From the NCBI GenBank assembly GCA_965277715.1, contig OZ255836.1:2432001-2496000 (forward strand): a stretch of 64,000 nt of DNA. The letters run 5' to 3'. The notes under the pieces are model-generated. The model was not told the DNA's origin. It saw nothing but the letters and a program-made list of their open reading frames with translations, and did not search any database. The stretch comes from Gammaproteobacteria bacterium (GTDB lineage Bacteria; Pseudomonadota; Gammaproteobacteria; JBCCGL01). Numbering within the stretch: the first letter of the stretch is position 1; every line of letters begins with the position of its first letter. This document shows positions 59,231 to 64,000 of the stretch, piece by piece. The position numbers and the translations under genes are program-made.

Positions 59231-59563
59231 ATGTCCGTTGAATTAAATAACATCCGCTACCCAACTGACGAAGAAGGCTACCTCGATAACCTCAGTGACT
59301 GGAGCGAGGCACTGGCTGACGCAATGGCCAAAAAAGACGGCTATGCACTCAGTGAAAACCACTGGGAAGTGATTCGCTTTCTGCGCGAGTATTATCAGGA
59401 ATACCAGATAGCACCGGCCGTGCGCATTTTGACCAAAGCCATTGGCCGCCGCCTGGGTAAAGAAAAAGGCAATAGCAAATACCTGTATGAATTGTTTCCG
59501 TATGGCCCGGCGAAGCAGGCGTGCAAATACGCCGGGCTACCAAAGCCGACTGGTTGTATATAA
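59231..59563 (+). CDS. dsrC: DsrC (both C-terminal cysteines present)
   Basis: DEEGYL, HWEVI.FLR, LFPYGPAKQAC-X10-C(I). Confidence 0.92.
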   Translation: MSVELNNIRYPTDEEGYLDNLSDWSEALADAMAKKDGYALSENHWEVIRFLREYYQEYQIAPAVRILTKAIGRRLGKEKGNSKYLYELFPYGPAKQACKYAGLPKPTGCI

Positions 59564-59574
59564 CCCTAACCCCC

Positions 59575-60261
59575 ATGCCGCTGCTAACCCTTGTTTTTAC
59601 CCTGCTGTTTTATGTAGCCACCGCTGTGTTTTTTTTCGGTTTAAGCTACCGTATTTACCGTTATGCAAAAACCCCCGCGCCGCTGCGCATACCATTAATG
59701 CCCGCTCCGCGCAGTTATGCCGGTGTTGCGTGGCGGTTATTTAAAGAAGTGATTCTGTTTAAAAGCCTGTTTAAAGCCAATAAGCCGACGTGGCTATTCG
59801 GCTGGTGCTTTCACGCCGCGCTGGTATTTATTTTACTGCGCCACTTGCACTATTTTTTTGACCCGGCACCGCTGTGGATGTATCAGATACAAACCTACAG
59901 CCGTTTTGCGGCAAGCGTGATGATGCTCAGCCTGCTGGGACTATGGGGGCGACGCCTGCTGGTTGACCGGGTGCGCTATATTTCCGCACCGTCAGACCAT
60001 TTGATGCTGGCGCTGATAATCGCCCTTGGCGCCACTGGTATGGCGATGAAATCCGCCGGTCAAACCAATCTGTTTGCCGTTAAAGAATTTATCCGTGGGC
60101 TGTTGTACTTTGACAGCCAGGCGTTGCCCGCCGACTGGCTGCTGTGTACTCACCTCGGCTTACTCGCCGGGTTAATGATCATCTTCCCCTTCAGCAAATT
60201 ATTGCACGCCCCCGGTGTGTTTTTTAGCCCCACACTGCACCAGCGGGATAAAGGCCGATGA
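59575..60261 (+). CDS. dsrM: DsrM (NarI-like cytochrome b)
   Basis: TPAPL.IP..PAP, FH..L, LRH, PSD.LML, PFSKLLH. Confidence 0.9.
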   Translation: MPLLTLVFTLLFYVATAVFFFGLSYRIYRYAKTPAPLRIPLMPAPRSYAGVAWRLFKEVILFKSLFKANKPTWLFGWCFHAALVFILLRHLHYFFDPAPLWMYQIQTYSRFAASVMMLSLLGLWGRRLLVDRVRYISAPSDHLMLALIIALGATGMAMKSAGQTNLFAVKEFIRGLLYFDSQALPADWLLCTHLGLLAGLMIIFPFSKLLHAPGVFFSPTLHQRDKGR

Positions 60262-61745
60262 GCACTGAGGCAGGTAACCAGGCTCCCGTGCGTGAATACC
60301 CACTGATCCCCAAAATAAAAATCGGCGCGATGCGACACAGCAAACCCTTTACCGCCAGTGCTGAGGTGCAACAAAAGCTTGGTTATCCCGGCGAACTGAT
60401 CGATGACTGGCAGCAGGTGGCGGTGAAAAAAATGGGTGAGCTGGTGAGCCAGTCACGGGGGCTACAGGTGTTTATGGATAGCTGCGTAAAATGCGGCGCC
60501 TGCACCGATAAATGCCACTACTACCTGGGCAGTCACGACCCCAACAATATGCCCGTGGCACGCCAGGATTTATTTCGCAGCGTTTACCGTCGCCACTACA
60601 CCCTGGCCGGGAAATTGTTCCCCAAACTGGTCGGCGCCCGTGAGCTGGACAAAGCCATGCTCGACGATTGGTACAACTATTTCCACCAGTGCTCGCAGTG
60701 CCGTCGCTGCGCGGTGTTCTGCCCCTATGGCATCGATACCGCAGAAATTTCCATGGCGGCGCGGGAAATACTCGATACCGTCGGCGTAGGGCAAAAATAC
60801 AGTAATAACATCGTGCTCAAGGCAAAAACTACCGGCAATAACCTGGGTATGCCACCCGCCGCACTGGCCGATACTCTCGCTGGGTTGGAAGAGGATATTG
60901 AAGCGGAAACCGGCGTTGCCGTGCGGTTACCGCTGGATGAAGCCGGTGCCGATATGCTACTGGTTACCCCTTCAGCCGATTTTTTTGCCGAGCCGCATGT
61001 CGACAGCCTGATCGGTTATGCCAAGGTACTCCACCAAGCGGGCATCACCTGGACACTCAGCTCAACGGCCAGCGAAGCGGCCAATTTTGCCTTATTTACC
61101 GGCGATACAGACAGCATGCAAGCCCTGGCACAGCGCATCGCTGACGCAGCGCAAAGCCTCGGCACCCGGCGCATTGTATTTGGCGAATGCGGCCATGCCT
61201 GGCGGGTTGCGTACAATTACTTCACCCACCTGGCGGGGCCGCTGGATTTTCTCGACCCGCGCTACCCCGTGCCCCAGCACATCTGCGAAATCACCTACGA
61301 CTTAATTCAAAAAGGTGCTTTAAGTTTCGATAAATCGGCCAATGACGATAAGGTATTGACTTACCATGACTCCTGCAACGTGGCGCGGGCCTCACGCATG
61401 GGCGGCATCCCTGGCGGGCAATTTACCCTGCCCCGCGCCATTATCAGAGCCTGTTGTAACCACTTTTACGACATGGCTGAAGAGACCATTGGCGAACAGA
61501 CATTCTGTTGCGGCGGCGGCGGCGGCCTGCTCACCGATGAATTGCAGGCGGTGCGCACAAAAGGTGCACTGCCGCGTATGCACGCCTTGCAGCAGGTGGT
61601 GGAAAAATACGGCGTGACCCATATGGCGGCGATCTGTGCGATTTGCAAAAGTCAGTTTATGTCCGTGATGCCAGAGTATGGATTCAATCGCGATCAAGTG
61701 CTGGGGGTACATCAACTGGTGAGTAATGCAATTGTTTTGCAATAA
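60258..61745 (+). CDS. dsrK: DsrK (HdrD-like Fe-S protein)
   Basis: CVKCGACTDKC, CSQCRRCAVFCP, GECGHAWR, HDSCN, CCGGGGG, CAICK. Confidence 0.92.
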   Translation: MSTEAGNQAPVREYPLIPKIKIGAMRHSKPFTASAEVQQKLGYPGELIDDWQQVAVKKMGELVSQSRGLQVFMDSCVKCGACTDKCHYYLGSHDPNNMPVARQDLFRSVYRRHYTLAGKLFPKLVGARELDKAMLDDWYNYFHQCSQCRRCAVFCPYGIDTAEISMAAREILDTVGVGQKYSNNIVLKAKTTGNNLGMPPAALADTLAGLEEDIEAETGVAVRLPLDEAGADMLLVTPSADFFAEPHVDSLIGYAKVLHQAGITWTLSSTASEAANFALFTGDTDSMQALAQRIADAAQSLGTRRIVFGECGHAWRVAYNYFTHLAGPLDFLDPRYPVPQHICEITYDLIQKGALSFDKSANDDKVLTYHDSCNVARASRMGGIPGGQFTLPRAIIRACCNHFYDMAEETIGEQTFCCGGGGGLLTDELQAVRTKGALPRMHALQQVVEKYGVTHMAAICAICKSQFMSVMPEYGFNRDQVLGVHQLVSNAIVLQ

Positions 61746-61783
61746 CCTGATCAGTGCCATCCTGCACAGATTCTGTTACCAAT

Positions 61784-62680
61784 ATGCTTAAAGACTTAGA
61801 ACAATTTCTCCAGAGCCTGCATATTGAACGACGCAGTTCGGGCCATACGCTAAGCAACTACCGGCGCGATCTAATGGCCTTTCTACAGTATTGCAAGCAG
61901 TATGAACTCACTGAGTGGTCGCAGATAATGGATGGCGACGTGCGTGCTTTTGCCGCTGCCGAACGCGGGCGTGGTCTCGGCAGCCGCAGCCTGGCGCGGC
62001 GTTTGTCTGCACTGCGCTCGTTTTACGATTATCTGCTGCGCATGGCCCAGGTTGAACATAATCCGGCCAAAGCCGTACGTGCGCCAAAGGCCGACAAAAC
62101 CTTGCCCAAAGCGCTTGATGTCGATGACATTGGGCAGTTGCTGGACGGCCCACCCAGTGAATCGGCATTATCAGTGCGCGATTTGGCTATCGTCGAATTG
62201 CTCTACGGGTGTGGTTTGCGCTTATCCGAATTGGTTAATCTGGATTGCCAGCATATTGATGTTTCAGGTAGCAGCGTACGCGTTACCGGCAAAGGCGAAA
62301 AAACGCGTCTTGTGCCACTGGGTAGCAAGGCGGTGGCGGCGCTTGCCCGCTGGCTGCCAGTGCGTGAGCAATGGGTGCGCAATGGTGAGCGGGCACTGTT
62401 TGTATCTAAGCGCGGCGGTATGCGCCTGGGCGCCCGGTCAGTACAGCAGCGCTTAAATTGTTTGGCACGGGAGCGGGGTATTTCACGCAAGCTGCACCCG
62501 CATATGTTGCGCCATTCCTTTGCCAGTCATTTACTGGAATCCAGCGGTGATTTGCGGGCAGTACAGGAACTGCTCGGCCATGCAGACATCGCCACTACGC
62601 AGATCTATACCCACCTCGATTACCAATACCTGGCTAACCTATACGATAAGGCGCATCCACGTGCGCGCCGTAAGCCATGA
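61784..62680 (+). CDS. xerC: Tyrosine recombinase XerC
   Basis: LY.CGLRLSEL, GKG.K.R, HPHMLRHSFASH.LESSGDLRAVQELLGH, TTQIYT. Confidence 0.93.
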   Translation: MLKDLEQFLQSLHIERRSSGHTLSNYRRDLMAFLQYCKQYELTEWSQIMDGDVRAFAAAERGRGLGSRSLARRLSALRSFYDYLLRMAQVEHNPAKAVRAPKADKTLPKALDVDDIGQLLDGPPSESALSVRDLAIVELLYGCGLRLSELVNLDCQHIDVSGSSVRVTGKGEKTRLVPLGSKAVAALARWLPVREQWVRNGERALFVSKRGGMRLGARSVQQRLNCLARERGISRKLHPHMLRHSFASHLLESSGDLRAVQELLGHADIATTQIYTHLDYQYLANLYDKAHPRARRKP

Positions 62681-62747
62681 AGCATGGGCCATAAACCTGC
62701 CTGGCTGATGGTGTTACTGTAAAAGTCCCTCTCTTTAATTTTAGGAA

Positions 62748-64000
62748 TTAAAGCAAATCCCACACGCCGTCGAATTCATCTTCGCCACTATCCTGCCGCT
62801 TATCCGGTTTTTTTGCAGAGGGCGCGGGTGCTTCGGGAATGACAAGACCCCGCCCGCCAACACTGGCTGATTGGATTAAAAACTGACTAAAAGAGCCCGT
62901 CTGCTCTACGATACTGGTCAGTTTATATTTCAACTCACGACCACCCACCTGCACGGCGACGGTTTCCTCCGCATTAAACATATATGACTTGGTAATCAAC
63001 GATGCCACCTGCCCTATTGGCTTTATCTCCGGCAACATCAAACACACCTGGGCACTCAAGGCCATTTTATTAGCGTCAGCCTTACGCTCGACGGTAACAG
63101 GCACCACACGCGGCGAGATAATTTGCACGCCACACAACAGTGTATTGTCTTTGTCAAACTGCATCCAGCGAATGACGCCAATGCACCACTGGGTGGACAC
63201 TTTATCCTCAACGGCCTCTTGCCGGGCAAGCAGCCCGCCGACATGCACTGAGGTGCTTCCGTCACCGGTCCACTTTAAACCAAAGCCGCCGGAACTCTTA
63301 TTGACCACTCTCCAGGTCTGATTGATAACAGATTCTGCCGGCAACATTGTGCCGACAGGTTTTTTATCCTGGTAAGCAGGCGGCGATGGGGTGTTACTCA
63401 CCTGAAACTCTTCCCAGTTGAGTGTGTTGCTCTTAGCTTGTTCCTGTTTTTTGGCTGACTGGGCGATAAACCCGGAAAAACCCTGGTGTGCTGATTGTTC
63501 CGTTTCACGTACTGAAGTGGATAAGCTAACCAGACCATAATCCTCTTGCACGGGTGCCTCGGCGATCGGCTCTGGCCCAGAAGATGTGCGTAAATAACTG
63601 AGGCGCTCGTAGATATCGGTTAACCCTACTTCCACCGTGACCTCTTCGTTGCGTATGGCGCGTGCCGATTGGCGCTGGGCCTGCATACCCCAGTTGGTTT
63701 GCAGGCGGAGTAATGCGTTGCGGGTGAGCTCCGTATCCTGTACCAGCGGTGAATCGATCTTAGGCATGGTATCCAGCTTTTTCGCTAACAGCCCCATTAA
63801 ATCCCCCAGATCCAGCACACGGATGTACGCGTCCTGTGATGCGTGCAGAAACTTCAACTGCATCGGTGGGGTGTCGGTGCTCAAATTAATACCAAATAGC
63901 TGTCCAGTGTCCTTTTGCCTGTTTCTAGCCCCCAGTTTGATTTCTGTCACCCAGGTTTCCAATACATGATATACGTGGATTATCTGCCCTTTACGCAGGC
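62748..64000 (-). CDS. Hypothetical protein with PilZ-like C-terminal region (FimW-like); 5' part outside the window
   Basis: R...R motif, VNKSSGGFGL, W.IG.IRW; frame is open to the window edge. Confidence 0.6.
   Translation of the reverse strand, partial: LRKGQIIHVYHVLETWVTEIKLGARNRQKDTGQLFGINLSTDTPPMQLKFLHASQDAYIRVLDLGDLMGLLAKKLDTMPKIDSPLVQDTELTRNALLRLQTNWGMQAQRQSARAIRNEEVTVEVGLTDIYERLSYLRTSSGPEPIAEAPVQEDYGLVSLSTSVRETEQSAHQGFSGFIAQSAKKQEQAKSNTLNWEEFQVSNTPSPPAYQDKKPVGTMLPAESVINQTWRVVNKSSGGFGLKWTGDGSTSVHVGGLLARQEAVEDKVSTQWCIGVIRWMQFDKDNTLLCGVQIISPRVVPVTVERKADANKMALSAQVCLMLPEIKPIGQVASLITKSYMFNAEETVAVQVGGRELKYKLTSIVEQTGSFSQFLIQSASVGGRGLVIPEAPAPSAKKPDKRQDSGEDEFDGVWDLL

Noticed and set aside
59231-59563. 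TusE for tRNA thiolation only
   Set aside because: Both conserved Cys are present and dsrMK follow, so DsrC is the better call

Overview
Gammaproteobacterial chromosome window in three parts. (1) 1-7.6 kb: a TOMM/YcaO RiPP locus (FHA-type partner, kinase/cyclase/ATPase/TPR fusion, two BMA_0021-like precursors, fused cyclodehydratase). (2) 7.7-30.8 kb: an AT-rich polymorphic-toxin island. It holds one large Rhs/YD-repeat gene and at least six orphan Rhs-CT/immunity cassettes or remnants, interleaved with three copies of a TIR-flanked Y1 (HUH) transposase, an ISL3, an IS4-subgroup element, four IS4-type MITEs and IS1111/IS110 remnants. Almost every cargo gene is followed by an AAAGGGGTCA motif, the same motif that starts the Y1 element's inverted repeats. 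The MITE and the IS1111 (whose predicted guide RNA spells GGGGGTCA) insert at this motif, which suggests an HUH-driven toxin-cassette shuffling platform parasitised by motif-targeting elements. (3) 30.9-64 kb: core-like genes (EamA, CocE/NonD, gpmI, DoxX-NDH2 fusion, cobS/cobT-like, metA, HU, gspCDEF with an unusually extended GspD, nudC, hcn/oox-like oxidase, MFS, a minimal dsrE-F-C-M-K operon without dsrAB/H, xerC). All calls come from reading sequence motifs by eye; no database searches were run.
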